Below, in pieces: positions 10,586 to 24,004 of a stretch of 49,582 nt of DNA. Position 1 is the first letter of the stretch; each line of letters opens with the position of its first letter. The stretch comes from Nemertoderma westbladi (Eukaryota > Animalia > Xenacoelomorpha): NCBI GenBank assembly GCA_032718475.1, contig JAUCBJ010007394.1, positions 1 through 49,582 on the forward strand, in the 5' to 3' direction. A program made the position numbers and the translations under genes. The notes beneath the pieces are model-generated. The model was not told the DNA's origin and did not search any database. It was given only the letters and a program-made list of their open reading frames with translations.

Positions 10586-12923
10586 ATAAGCATTACCAAA
10601 CGTCGCATCTTCCTCACTGTCTCGTGGTTGGGATTCCTTTCTATGAACAACAACAGCGACGCCTTGAGATCGGCGGTGATCCGCGCGACGTGCGAGGCGG
10701 ACCTGCTGTGATCCAGACCGATGACGCACTCCTCCAGATAGCTGAGTTTAACCTCAGTGTGCTCGGCTAGGTTGCTACCTAGTTGCTGCGTCAACGACAT
10801 CAACACGTTCTGCTGCAGAGGCATCGGCTTTATCGAGAATACCTCGTTGACGTCGACAGCCTCGAGAACGGTGACCACCAGATTAAGGTTGGAGGCGGAG
10901 AGCGCCTCGAGGAAGGCCTGGTTGTACTCCTTGTCGCGGACGAGTTGCAGCAGCCGTGGCCGCAGACTGGGCGGCGTCGCGGGGGGCGGCGCGGGGCTGT
11001 CCCCGGGGGGTCCTGGGGTCCCCGCTCGCAGCATCCCCTCCAACTCCGCACTCTGCTGCTTCCTCGACAGGTCCAACTCCTTCCGGACCAGCTGGTGAAT
11101 CTGGACCCCCAATTTCTCCTGACTGGCGCGCAACGCGGCCCCGACCGCGCCGCTCACCTCCTCCCCCAGCGCGCCCCGCAATGCCGCCAACTCACCGCCG
11201 GCGCGCCGCGTCTGCGCGTCCACCAGGTCCCGCGTCCCTGTCTGGAAGCGCTCGTTGATCTGGCCGAACATCTGCTGACACGATCGCTCGAACCCCGGCA
11301 GCACCACGGTCCGGAGGGTCTCCCGGAACGAGGCGCTGATAACCTCGGAAACAACATCCGAGATCGACTTCGTCAACGTCTCCAACGTCGATTTACTCCG
11401 GATAAACTTATCGATAGCGGTTTTAATAGCTTCGTTAGTGGAGGTCAACCGCTCGGTGACGGAGACCATCAGGGATTCCTTCAACGTCTCCAGGGATTTG
11501 GCGACGACAGGAACGACTTTAACCTCCAACTCGCGGACTAACAGCTTCTCAACTTTCTCGCCGATGGTCTCGTTAAGCGCCGCGGATATTCTAGCGACTA
11601 CGCCGGCCTCGTTGAGTTGGTTGTCCCTTAGGAACCCGATGACCTCCTCGACGCCGTCCCCGCGGCTACCAACTGCGCCCAACCCGGATTCCAACGCTTC
11701 CATCCGCTGCTCCAACCGCGCCAGCGACTCCCGCTGCTCCGACCGGCCCTTCTCCTCCGCCTCCCGCAGCCGCTCCAACGCGACCCGCTGCTCCGCCCCC
11801 TGCTTCCCAACCAACTCGACGACGTCCTTCAACGCCTCGGCGACTCCCGACTCTTTGGCCGTCGCGTTGTAGATGAATCCGCCCTCGTAAGGAACGCCAG
11901 ACACATCGAACGGCGAGGTCTCCACCTCCGTATCATCTTTCTCCTCCGCCTTACCTTCTTCCCCTTCGACTCGCCCCATTATATCCCCGACTTCGTCGTT
12001 GAGCGGCTCCTCCGTGTCTCCCACCGGCGGCTCAACTGCGGTCTCCACCTCCACGGAGGAGAACATCCCGGTTGTGACCTCGGTGAGCGTCGAGGACCTG
12101 TTGAGGCCCATAACCCCCAGGTCACCACAGAGATCCGCGACCGGGTCGGAGAACGCGTCCGGGGTCAGCAGATCCGTGTCGACGACCCCGTTGGACCCGC
12201 GGGGATCCGCGGCCCCGATCCGCGGCGGCGCGTTGGACAGCGAGTCGAGGAGGCCCGCGTCCGGGACCGTCACGAACGAGTGCGGCGAGTAGACGACTCG
12301 CAGCTCCTGCAGGGCGCGACTGCGGACGGCGTAGAGCCGCACCTCGTGGGAGGAGTCGTCGGTGACGTCATCGTCGTCGTCGTGGTAACGACGCGGTCCG
12401 GCCGCGTAGAAGGCGAAGCTGAGCACCGAGGCGGTGAGCGCGAAGGAGTTGACGCCGATGATGTGGCAGCGCTCGTTGGCGTGGTCCGCGTGGATGTGGA
12501 GGATGTAGAGGAGGGGGTGGTGGATGTCGCCGAGGACGAGGTACTCCCCGGAGGTGTCGATACCGAAACAGAGACTCAGTCTGTCCGGGAGGTCTGTCTC
12601 GGCGGCGAACCGGAGAGTCTGCAGACAGTTCCAGGTGACGGTGCACCAGACCTTGAGTTCGGTGTTCCGGGAGGCGGCGGTCACGAGGAACCGCCAGTAC
12701 TTGTAGTTGGGGTTGTGTTGCTGCTGGTTGTCGCAGAAGGCGAGCGCGCTCAGCGCAGCGCCCCCGTGCGGGATCCATTCGTGGACCGCGGTGGACTCCC
12801 CGGCACCGTTGATCCGCCAGAACTTCACGTTGCCCTCGGTCGAGGCCGTTGCTAGGATACTACTGTCGGGACTCAGCGTCAGGTCAGTTATGTCCTGCAG
12901 ATGGCCTGCCACCGTAGTTATAC
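10561..12923 (-). CDS. EDC4: Enhancer of mRNA decapping 4 (Ge-1/Hedls), exon 2: distal WD40 blades, linker, coiled-coil and C-terminal helical domain
   Basis: GHLQDITDLTLSPDSSILATASTEGNVKFW, YWRFLVTAASRNTELKVW, VVLPGFERSCQQMFGQINERFQTG, YNQAFLEALSASNLNLV and QQNVLMSLTQQLGSNL match conserved EDC4 blocks. Acceptor TTAAAG|GT at 12924/12923, phase 1. Confidence 0.93.
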
Positions 12924-15900
12924 CTTTAAGATAATAACAGCAATTAATAAATGATTAATAACCCCGATCTTATCCCTAATTTAAAAACAGAAGGGGGGGG
13001 GGGGGGGGGGGGGGGTCAATATGACACCCCGTGGTATTTTTGTTAGAACTCTGAAATAAACGCAGTTGGGAATCTGAAATCTTATGACTTTTCCTTCCTA
13101 AAATTCTAATTATATTCTCTTCCTAATAGTGAAAACGGTTTTCAAAAATATTGGGAAGTTTTCGAGTTATAGCACCATGTTTAAACCCAACTTTTGGTAC
13201 TTTTTTTGATACGTTTTTTGAAAATTACATTTCATTAAATATGATTTGTAACATCTCTATTTTTGATTTACAACGGTCTTCTGGAGTTTGCAATTAGATG
13301 GAATTGATATAAATTAATTTAGAAATTTCAAACTTGTTTTTTCGGCGGGTGCCAAATTTTGAAATATATCAATTTTGTAAATTGATTGTTTGAACCCGTT
13401 TTTTGAGCAATAGGGTTATTTTGGCGTTCTGGTTTCGATGGAATATATACCCATGAGTTGCAGCAGGCGTATCAAACTTGTATTTTACCGTTCTTTGTGC
13501 AAAATTTGGTGCCAGCACAAAATTTTGAAAACCCATGCAATAGTTCAATTGATTGTTGCAACTTATTTCTCGCGTTTTAGAGGTTTATGACGGTTCTGAA
13601 TTCAATGGAATAAATAATTATCTAACTAACCGTAATTATAATCTACAATATAATTATAATAATTATCTCGTATCCCTACAAACTATGTCTCGCATCCCTA
13701 CTAACTATGTCTCGCATCCCTACTAACTATGTCTCGTATCCCTACTAACTATGTCTCGCATCCCTACTAACTATGTCTCGCATCCCTACTAACTATGTCT
13801 CGCATCCCTACTAACTATGTCTCGCATCCCTACTAACTATGTCTCGCATCCCTACTAACTATGTCTCGCATCCCTACTAACTATGTCTCGCATCCCCCTA
13901 CTAACTGTCTCGCATCCCTACTAACTGTCTCGCATCCCTACTAACTATGTCTCGCATCCCTACTAACTATGTCTCGCATCCCCCTACTAACTGTCTCGCA
14001 TCCCTACTAACTGTCTCGCATCCCTACTAACTATGTCTCGCATCCCTACTAACTATGTCTCGCATCCCTACTAACTATGTCTCGCATCCCTACTAACTAT
14101 GTCTCGTATCCCTACTAACTGTCTCGCATCCCCCTACTAACTGTCTCGCATCCCCCTACTAACTGTCTCGCATCCCTACTAACTGTCTCGCATCCCTACT
14201 AACCATGTCTCGCATCCCCCTACTAACTGTCTCGCATCCCTACTAACTGTCTCGCATCCCTACTAACTATGTCTCGCATCCCTACTAACTATGTCTCGCA
14301 TCCCTACTAACTATGTCTCGCATCCCTACTAACTATGTCTCGTATCCCTACTAACTGTCTCGCATCCCCCTACTAACTGTCTCGCATCCCCCTACTAACT
14401 GTCTCGCATCCCTACTAACTGTCTCGCATCCCTACTAACTATGTCTCGCATCCCTACTAACTATGTCTCGCATCCCTACTAACTATGTCTCGCATCCCTA
14501 CTAACTATGTCTCGCATCCCCCTACTAACTGTCTCGCATCCCCCTACTAACTGTCTCGCATCCCTACTAACTATGTCTCGCATCCCTACTAACTATGTCT
14601 CGCAGCCCTACTAACTATGTCTCGCATCCCTACTAACTATGTCTCGCATCCCTACTAACTATGTCTCGCATCCCTACTAACTATGTCTCGCATCCCCCTA
14701 CTAACTGTCTCGCATCCCCCTACTAACTGTCTCGCATCCCCCTACTAACTGTCTCGCATCCCCCTACTAACTGTCTCGCATCCCCCTACTAACTGTCTCG
14801 CATCCCTACTAACTATGTCTCGCATCCCTACTAACTATGTCTCGCAGCCCTACTAACTATGTCTCGCATCCCTACTAACTATGTCTCGCATCCCCCTACT
14901 AACTGTCTCGCATCCCCCTACTAACTGTCTCGCATCCCTACTAACTATGTCTCGCATCCCCCTACTAACTGTCTCGCATCCCCCTACTAACTGTCTCGCA
15001 TCCCTACTAACTATGTCTCGCATCCCTACTAACTATGTCTCGCAGCCCTACTAACTATGTCTCGTATCCCTACTAACCATGTCTCGCATCCCCCTACTAA
15101 CTGTCTCGCATCCCCCTACTAACTATGTCTCGTATCCCTACTAACTATGTCTCGCATCCCTACTAACTACAGTATAACTATGTCTCGCATCCCTACTAAC
15201 TATGTCTCGCATCCCTACTAACTATGTCTCGTATCCCTACTAACTATGTCTCGCATCCCTACTAACTATGTCTCGCATCCCTACTAACCATGTCTCGCAT
15301 CCCCCTACTAACTGTCTCGCATCCCCCTACTAACTGTCTCGCATCCCCCTACTAACTGTCTCGCATCCCTACTAACTATGTCTCGCATCCCAACTAACTA
15401 TGTCTCGCAGCCCTACTAACTATGTCTCGTATCCCTACTAACCATGTCTCGCATCCCCCTACTAACTGTCTCGCATCCCCCTACTAACTATGTCTCGTAT
15501 CCCTACTAACTATGTCTCGCATCCCTACTAACTACAGTATAACTATGTCTCGCATCCCTACTAACTATGTCTCGCATCCCTACTAACTATGTCTCGTATC
15601 CCTACTAACTATGTCTCGCATCCCTACTAACTATGTCTCGCATCCCTACTAACTATGTCTCGCATCCCTACTAACTATAACTATGTCTCGCATCCCTACT
15701 AACTATGTCTCGCATCCCTACTAACTATAACTATGTCTCGTATCCCTACTAACTATGTCTCGCATCCCTACTAACTATAACTATGTCTCGCATCCCTACT
15801 AACTATAACTATGTCTCGTATTCCTACTAACTATGTCTCGCATCCCTACTAACTATGTCTCGCATCCCTACTAACTATAACTATGTCTCGTATTCCTACT

Positions 15901-18900
15901 AACTATGTCTCGCATCCCTACTAACTATGTCTCGCATCCCTACTAACTATGTCTCGCATCCCTACTAACTATGTCTCGCATCCCTACTAACTATGTCTCG
16001 CATCCCTACTAACTATAACTATGTCTCGTATTCCTACTAACTATGTCTCGCATCCCTACTAACTGTCTCGCATCCCTACTAACTATGTCTCGCATCCCTA
16101 CTAACTATGTCTCGCATCCCTACTAACTATGTCTCGCATCCCTACTAACTATAACTATGTCTCGCATCCCTACTAACTATGTCTCGCATCCCTACTAACT
16201 ATAACTATGTCTCGTATCCCTACTAACTATGTCTCGCATCCCTACTAACTATGTCTCGCATCCCTACTAACTATGTCTCGCATCCCTACTAACTATGTCT
16301 CGCATCCCTACTAACTATAACTATGTCTCGTATTCCTACTAACTATGTCTCGCATCCCTACTAACTGTCTCGCATCCCTACTAACTATGTCTCGCATCCC
16401 TACTAACTATGTCTCGCATCCCTACTAACTATGTCTCGCATCCCTACTAACTATGTCTCGCATCCCTACTAACTATAACTATGTCTCGTATTCCTACTAA
16501 CTATGTCTCGCATCCCTACTAACTGTCTCGCATCCCTACTAACTATGTCTCGCATCCCTACTAACTATGTCTCGCATCCCTACTAACTATGTCTCGCATC
16601 CCTACTAACTATAACTATGTCTCGCATCCCTACTAACTATGTCTCGCATCCCTACTAACTATAACTATGTCTCGTATCCCTACTAACTATGTCTCGCATC
16701 CCTACTAACTATAACTATGTCTCGCATCCCTACTAACTATGTCTCGCATCCCTACTAACTATAACTATGTCTCGCATCCCTACTAACTATGTCTCGCATC
16801 CCTACTAACTATGTCTCGCATCCCTACTAACTATGTCTCGCATCCCTACTAACTATAACTATGTCTCGCATCCCTACTAACTATAACTATGTCTCGTATC
16901 CCTACTAACTATGTCTCGCATCCCTACTAACTATGTCTCGCATCCCTACTAACTATGTCTCGCATCCCTACTAACTATGTCTCGCATCCCTACTAACTAT
17001 AACTATGTCTCGTATCCCTACTAACTATGTCTCGCATCCCTACTAACTATGTCTCGCATCCCTACTAACTATAACTATGTCTCGCATCCCTACTAACTAT
17101 GTCTCGCATCCCTACTAACTATGTCTCGCATCCCTACTAACTATAACTATGTCTCGCATCCCTACTAACTATAACTATGTCTCGTATTCCTACTAACTAT
17201 GTCTCGCATCCCTACTAACTATGTCTCGCATCCCTACTAACTATGTCTCGCATCCCTACTAACTATGTCTCGCATCCCTACTAACTATGTCTCGCATCCC
17301 TACTAACTATAACTATGTCTCGTATTCCTACTAACTATGTCTCGCATCCCTACTAACTGTCTCGCATCCCTACTAACTATGTCTCGCATCCCTACTAACT
17401 ATGTCTCGCATCCCTACTAACTATGTCTCGCATCCCTACTAACTATAACTATGTCTCGCATCCCTACTAACTATGTCTCGCATCCCTACTAACTATGTCT
17501 CGCATCCCTACTAACTATGTCTCGCATCCCTACTAACTATAACTATGTCTCGCATCCCTACTAACTATGTCTCGCATCCCTACTAACTATAACTATGTCT
17601 CGTATCCCTACTAACTATGTCTCACATCCCTACTAACTGTCTCGCATCCCTACTAACTATGTCTCGCATCCCTACTAACCATGTCTCGCATCCCCCTACT
17701 AACTGTCTCGCATCCCCCTACTAACTATGTCTCGTATCCCTACTAACTATGTCTCGCATCCCTACTAACTACAGTATAACTATGTCTCGCATCCCTACTA
17801 ACTATGTCTCGCATCCCTACTAACTGTCTCGCATCCCTACTAACTATGTCTCGCATCCCTACTAACTATGTCTCGCATCCCTACTAACTATGTCTCGCAT
17901 CCCTACTAACTATAACTATGTCTCGCATCCCTACTAACTATGTCTCGCATCCCTACTAACTATAACTATGTCTCGTATCCCTACTAACTATGTCTCGCAT
18001 CCCTACTAACTATGTCTCGCATCCCTACTAACTATAACTATGTATCGCATCCCTACTAACTATGTCTCGCATCCCTACTAACTATAACTATGTCTCGCAT
18101 CCCTACTAACTATGTCTCGCATCCCTACTAACTATAACTATGTCTCGTATCCCTACTAACTATGTCTCACATCCCTACTAACTGTCTCGCATCCCTACTA
18201 ACTATGTCTCGCATCCCTACTAACCATGTCTCGCATCCCCCTACTAACTGTCTCGCATCCCCCTACTAACTGTCTCGCATCCCTACTAACTATGTCTCGC
18301 ATCCCTACTAACTGTCTCGCATCCCTACTAACTATGTCTCGCATCCCTACTAACCATGTCTCGCATCCCCCTACTAACTGTCTCGCATCCCCCTACTAAC
18401 TGTCTCGCATCCCTACTAACTATGTCTCGCATCCCTACTAACTATGTCTCGCATCCCTACTAACTGTCTCGCATCCCTACTAACTATGTCTCGTATCCCT
18501 ACTAACTATGTCTCGCATCCTTACTAACTACAGTATAACTATGTCTCGCATACCTACTAACTATGTCTCGCATCCCTACTAACTATGTCTCGTATCCCTA
18601 CTAACTATGTCTCGCATCCCTACTAACTATGTCTCGCATCCCTACTAACTATGTCTCGCATCCCTACTAACTATAACTATGTCTCGCATCCCTACTAACT
18701 ATGTCTCGCATCCCTACTAACTATAACTATGTCTCGTATCCCTACTAACTATGTCTCGCATCCCTACTAACTATAACTATGTCTCGCATCCCTACTAACT
18801 ATAACTATGTCTCGCATCCCTACTAACTGTCTCGCATCCCTACTAACTATGTCTCGCATCCCTACTAACTATGTCTCGCATCCCTACTAACTGTCTCGCA

Positions 18901-21602
18901 TCCCTACTAACTATGTCTCGCATCCCTACTAACTATGTCTCGCATCCCTACTATGTCTCGCAGCCCTACTAACTATGTCTCGCATCCCTACTAACTATGT
19001 CCCGCATCCCTACTAACTATGTCTCGCATCCCTACTAACTGTCTCGCATCCCTACTAACTATGTCTTGCATCCCTACTAACTATGTCTCGCATCACTACT
19101 AACTATATCTCGCATCCCTACTAACTATGTCTCGCATCCCTACTAACTGTCTCGCATCCCTATATGTCTCGCATCCCTACTAACTATGTCTCGCATCCCT
19201 ACTGACTATGTCCCGCATCCCTACTAACTATGTCTCGCATCCCTACTAACTGTCTCGCATCCCTACTAACTATGTCTCGCATCCCTACTAACTATGTCTC
19301 GCATCCCTACTAACTGTCTCGCATCACTACTAACTATATCTCGCATCCCTACTAACTGTCTCGCATCCCTACTAACTGTCTCGCATCCCTACTAACTATG
19401 TCTCGCATCCCTACTAACTATAACTATGTCTCGCATCCCTACTAACTGTCTCGCATCCCTACTAACTATGTCTCGCATCCCTACTAACTATGGCTCGCGT
19501 CTCGCATCCCTACTAACTGTCTCGCATCACTACTAACTATATCTCGCATCCCTACTAACTGTCTCGCATCCCTACTAACTGTCTCGCATCCCTATATGTC
19601 TCGCATCCCTACTAACTATGTCTCGCATCCCTACTAACTATAACTATGTCTCGCATCCCTATTAACTGCCTCGCATCCATACTAACTATGTCTCGCATCC
19701 CTACTAACTATGTCTCGCATCCCTACTAACTGTCTCGCATCCCTACTAACTATATCTCGCATCCCTACTAACTATGTCTCGCATCCCTACTAACTGTCTC
19801 GCATCCCTACTAACTGTCTCGGATCTCTACTATGTCTCGCAGCCCTACTAACTATAACTATGTCTCGCATCCCTACTAACTGTCTCGCATCCCTTCTAAC
19901 TATGTCTCGCATCCCTACTAACTATGTCTCGCATCCCTACTAACTATAACTATGTCTCGCATCCCTACTAACTATGTCTCGCATCCCTATATGTCTCGCA
20001 TCCCTACTAACTATAACTATGTCTCGCATCCCTACTAACTGTCTCGCATCCCTTCTAACTATGTCTCGCATCCCTACTAACTATGTCTCGCATCCCTACT
20101 AACTATAACTATGTCTCGCATCCCTACTAACTATGTCTCGCATCCCTACTAACTGTCTCGCATCCCTACTAATTATAACGATGTCTCGCATCCCTACTAA
20201 CTGTCTCGCATCCCTTCTAACTATGTCTCGCATCCCTACTAACTGTCTCGCATCCCTACTAATTATAACGATGTCTCGCATCCCTACTAACTATATCTCG
20301 CATCCCTACTAACTATGTCTCGCATCCCTACTAACTATGTCTCGCATCCCTACTAACTGTCTCGCATCCCTACTAACTATAACTATGTCTCGCATCCCTA
20401 CTAACTATGTCTCGCATCCCTACTAACTATGTCTCGCATCCCTACTAACTATGTCTCGCATCCCTACTAACTATGTCTCGCATCCCTACTAACTATAACT
20501 ATGTCTCGCATCCCTACTAACTATGTCTCGCATCCCTACTAACTGTCTCGCATCCCTACTAACTATATCTCGCATCCCTACTAACTGTCTCGCATCCCTA
20601 CTAACTATATCTCGCATCCCTACTAACTATATCTCGCATCCCTACTAACTATGTCTCGCATCCCTACTAACTATGTCTCGCATCCCTACTAACTGTCTCG
20701 CATCCCTTCTATCTAACTATGTCTCGCATCCCTACTAACTATGTCTCGCATCCCTACTAACTGTCTCGCATCCCTACTAACTATAACTATGTCTCGCATC
20801 CCTACTAACTATAACTATGTCTCGCATCCCTACTAACTATGTCTCGCATCCCTACTAACTGTCTCGCATCCCTACTAACTATATCTCGCATCCCTACTAA
20901 CTATGTCTCGCATCCCTACTAACTATGTCTCGCATCCCTACTAACTATGTCTCGCATCCCTACTAACTATATCTCGCATCCCTACTAACTATGTCTCGCA
21001 TCCCTACTAACTATATCTCGCATCCCTACTAACTATATCTCGCATCCCTACTAACTGTCTCGCATCCCTATATGTCTCGCATCACAGTCAGGCAGTCACA
21101 GTAATACTTATATTCGAGTTTAGACTCTGTAATATCATTATTATTACTATTTCAGTATATCGTTACTCGATTCTTTAATACGATTTCTGTTTATTACATC
21201 CAAACTTTTGGATACGCGATAACTACATGGTAGAGCAGATTAGAAGGATAATTTAATAAAATAATAATAAAGTGAAGTGGATCAATAGGCGAAGCTCTAC
21301 TAGAATATTTATGACGAGAGAGATGCATAACTGCACAAATTTAATATTGTATATTGTATGTATGTATATTGAGTTTTACCTTGTGTACGAGGCACAAAGT
21401 ATTCAGTGTGTCAATTGATTTTTTCAAAAATCCATCTAGACTGATGGACAAGAAATTGAGGGAGGGAGTGCAATAATATAATATAGTTTATTGAGGTGAA
21501 GCAAATGAGCTAAAATCGCATTTTGCTCTACCTCAATATCTAATCTTATGTCCAGGGGTGACGTTAATGCAGTATTGCAGCCAGTAGTGCCATTCTACAA
21601 AC
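12924..21602 (-). other. EDC4: EDC4 intron (8679 bp, GT-AG, phase 1)
   Basis: Joining donor GAAG|GTTTGT to acceptor AAAG|GT gives continuous AEVWDIDVIMQNNPKPTSIEGVEGITTVAGH, collinear with EDC4. An alternative donor 9 nt upstream (21612/21611) is also in phase. Confidence 0.75.
13664..21083. repeat. Intronic satellite, core 22-bp monomer TGTCTCGCATCCCTACTAACTA with 20-, 22- and 28-bp and longer variants, roughly 330 copies
   Basis: Direct reading. Copy number estimated from the 7.4-kb length. Confidence 0.99.
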
Positions 21603-22383
21603 CTTCTACACCTTCGATGGATGTCGGCTTCGGATTGTTCTGCATAATAACATCGATATCCCAGACCTCGGCGGTGTTGCCGTTAGTAACGGCGAGTATT
21701 AAACCCTCGTCATCGTCGCCGTCCGATCCCTCCACTACGAAGGGCGACCAGACCAGTCGGTGCATCGATGTGATCCCGGGTTCCCGAATGTAGCGAACCT
21801 TCTCGACGGGGACGATACCCTGATCCGCGTCCGAACAAACTTCCCAGACGAACACAGACCCTATAGAGTCGATAGCCCCCAGGTAGTTACTACCGAAGTA
21901 GGCGAAAGACAAGTCGCAGACGGTGTTTGTAAAGTTTTTAATTAGGGCGCGTGCGGTGGTCTTGCGGTTAATAATACGGATAACCCAACTCTGGCCTTTA
22001 ACAACGTATGCGATATATGTGTTATTAACTGCGACCACTTTGCCAGCGTAGTATTTCTGTTCCCAATCGTAGCGTGACACTTCGCTGACGCGTATGCAAC
22101 TGGATCCCTTATCCGCAGCGGTGTTTGTGCCGCATTGAATGACAACGTCGCGTCCGTATATGCCTACGCAATCCTCTCCCTCCACCAGGGGTATGTACTG
22201 CTTGGCCGCAGCACTCCCACTCCCGTATAAAGGGGCATCGCTCCCTGACATAGGGGCCGCGCTAGTCAATCCACTCCCTAGTTCCAGGACAGGTATTCCG
22301 TAGGCTGGAGTCGCTACTGGTAGGTCTTCCCCAGAGGAATCCGAGAAAGCCGGTCCAACCACGATATTTCCATTTCCGTTCAT
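21603..22383 (-). CDS. EDC4: Enhancer of mRNA decapping 4, exon 1: N-terminus and proximal WD40 blades
   Basis: ATG at 22383. VSRYDWEQKYYAGKVVAV, IRIINRKTTARALIKNFTNTVCDLSFA and AEVWD are conserved EDC4 N-terminal motifs. Confidence 0.92.
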
Positions 22384-23111
22384 AACTCCTGAACTCAGTC
22401 AGTCAGTACGGTACTTCTGTACCGACTTTAATTCAAGTACAGTTAGTGCACTGTAGCTGTATAGGGGTATAACTTTTGCGTAGAGGTATAGCCTACATCC
22501 CGGGTTGAGAATCGTATCATATTAGTAAAGTACTACCTAATGGCAAGGTACTGGCATGATAATTTTACTAAATTTTTACAATTACCACATTTTGCATTAT
22601 TTGTTAAGGAATTAAAAAATACTTGCCAAGTACAGTATAGATTTTAAGAAATATTTGGGTGGGCACTTATCATGCAATGCACTTACCAAATTCTTAACAA
22701 ATTTTGTATACCTAGTATATAATTTCGATGAGTTTATAATCGGAATTTGATGTGGCGTTGGACTGTCGGAGGTGGTAGGGAAGGGAGGCCTTCCGGTGTA
22801 CAAGTAGGAGAGGAGTGTATGTAGGTCTGGAAATCGGTACCCTGCAGCCCTGCTTGCTAGCTGGCTCAAGCCATTGCCGTATGCGTATAGCACCACAGAC
22901 AGACAGACTAGAATTACTGAATTATGCAAACGTTAAATAACCAGGATCAGAGGATGTTTGAAAAAAGAGTCATAATAAATCTCGGTTGCTGGGTTGGCTA
23001 TACTGAATCCTGGAATCAATTATCCAGGCAACGGCAAACAGGAACAGGTCAGCAGGTAGTACCATCCAGCCATTACTGCTGCGCATCCCGGGCCGGGGCT
23101 GACCCTGACAG

Positions 23112-23903
23112 TAGGGCTCGATCGGAGCTCCGGCCTCCGGCTCCGGCCATTTTGGCACCTCCGGCTCCTGCTCCGGCTCCGGTAAAAATATTACCGGAGT
23201 TAATTTTTTAATAAAGTATTATATTTCGTGCATATTCTAATCTGAACAATTATTTACACTATAAGTACTGACTGACTGAAGTAAGTACTGTAGTACAGCT
23301 TCAATATCAAGCATAATACCGGTACCAGTACTGCAGTATTTACTTAAAGCAGTAAAGTCAATGACTGACTGACTGTACTGCAGTACTGGTACTGTGGCCA
23401 GCTGGCTGACTAGCAGACTATTACAGATAGGCCCTACTGTAAAAATTGTAAATGCTATGAATGTACACTGTCCACTGTCAGACTGTAGCTGTACCACTGC
23501 AGCCATTTACTGCTGTCATGCCATGCCAGCATACTGTACTGCAGTAGGCCTACTGGCTGACTGGTACACGTACGGCAGGCTACCTACAGTACACACCTCT
23601 ACCACAGTTAGTGAGTTAGGTACCGGTACTGTAGGTAAATTTTAGCCGTCAGCGTCAGGCCGTGATAAATTAATTACTTAAATTTTAAATTGAAAATTCG
23701 TAAATCTATAAATTATGAAATTAATTAGACCTACAGTATGATTGATTATGAGCGATTGGCGAACGATAACCATACTTTATTTTTTTTTTTTAATAATTAC
23801 ATTTTTAAAATTTTTGAAAAACTCCGGCTCCGGCTCCGGCCAAATTATCCAACTCCGGCTCCTGCTCCGGCTCCGGCCAAATCCCAACTCCGATTGAGCC
23901 CTA
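23112..23903. mobile_element. hAT-type non-autonomous element (792 bp) with GCTCCG subterminal repeats
   Basis: TIRs TAGGGCTCGATCGG / CCGATTGAGCCCTA (1 mismatch). Clusters of (GCTCCG)n near both ends. The 8-mer CCTGACAG occurs at 23104-23111 and again at 24005-24012. Confidence 0.8.
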
Positions 23904-24004
23904 GTGGACAGCCCATGACTTTCTTGAGACGCATCTTTCTTACTGTCTTAAAAGGACACTGGCCTTGAAGATGCGGATGATCTAGCAAATGTCATGGGTG
24001 ATAA
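23904..24004 (+). mobile_element. Internal fragment of the RTE-like LINE, without tail
   Basis: Matches about 44186-44270 (GTGGACAGCCCATGACTTTCTTGAG...GAAGATGCGGATGATCTAGCAA..GTCATGGGTGATA) with a short internal insertion. Confidence 0.85.

Noticed and set aside
10511-12934. Multiple overlapping ORFs on both strands across EDC4 exon 2
   Set aside because: Shadow ORFs caused by high GC content; no independent motifs.
12955-13660. Possible DNA-transposon left end (G-run followed by GTCAATATGACACCCC) preceding the intronic satellite
   Set aside because: No matching right TIR or TSD could be found beyond the satellite.
20099-20281. 60-aa ORF MRDIV...
   Set aside because: Translation of satellite variants.
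13664-21083. Telomeric repeat or G-quadruplex array (TAGGG resembles TTAGGG)
   Set aside because: Only one G3 run per 20-28 bp with long spacers, and the array is internal to an intron; not a telomere tract.
22612-22929. 105-aa ORF with a signal-peptide-like N-terminus upstream of EDC4
   Set aside because: Starts at TTG with an in-frame stop just upstream, has no ATG and no recognisable homology.
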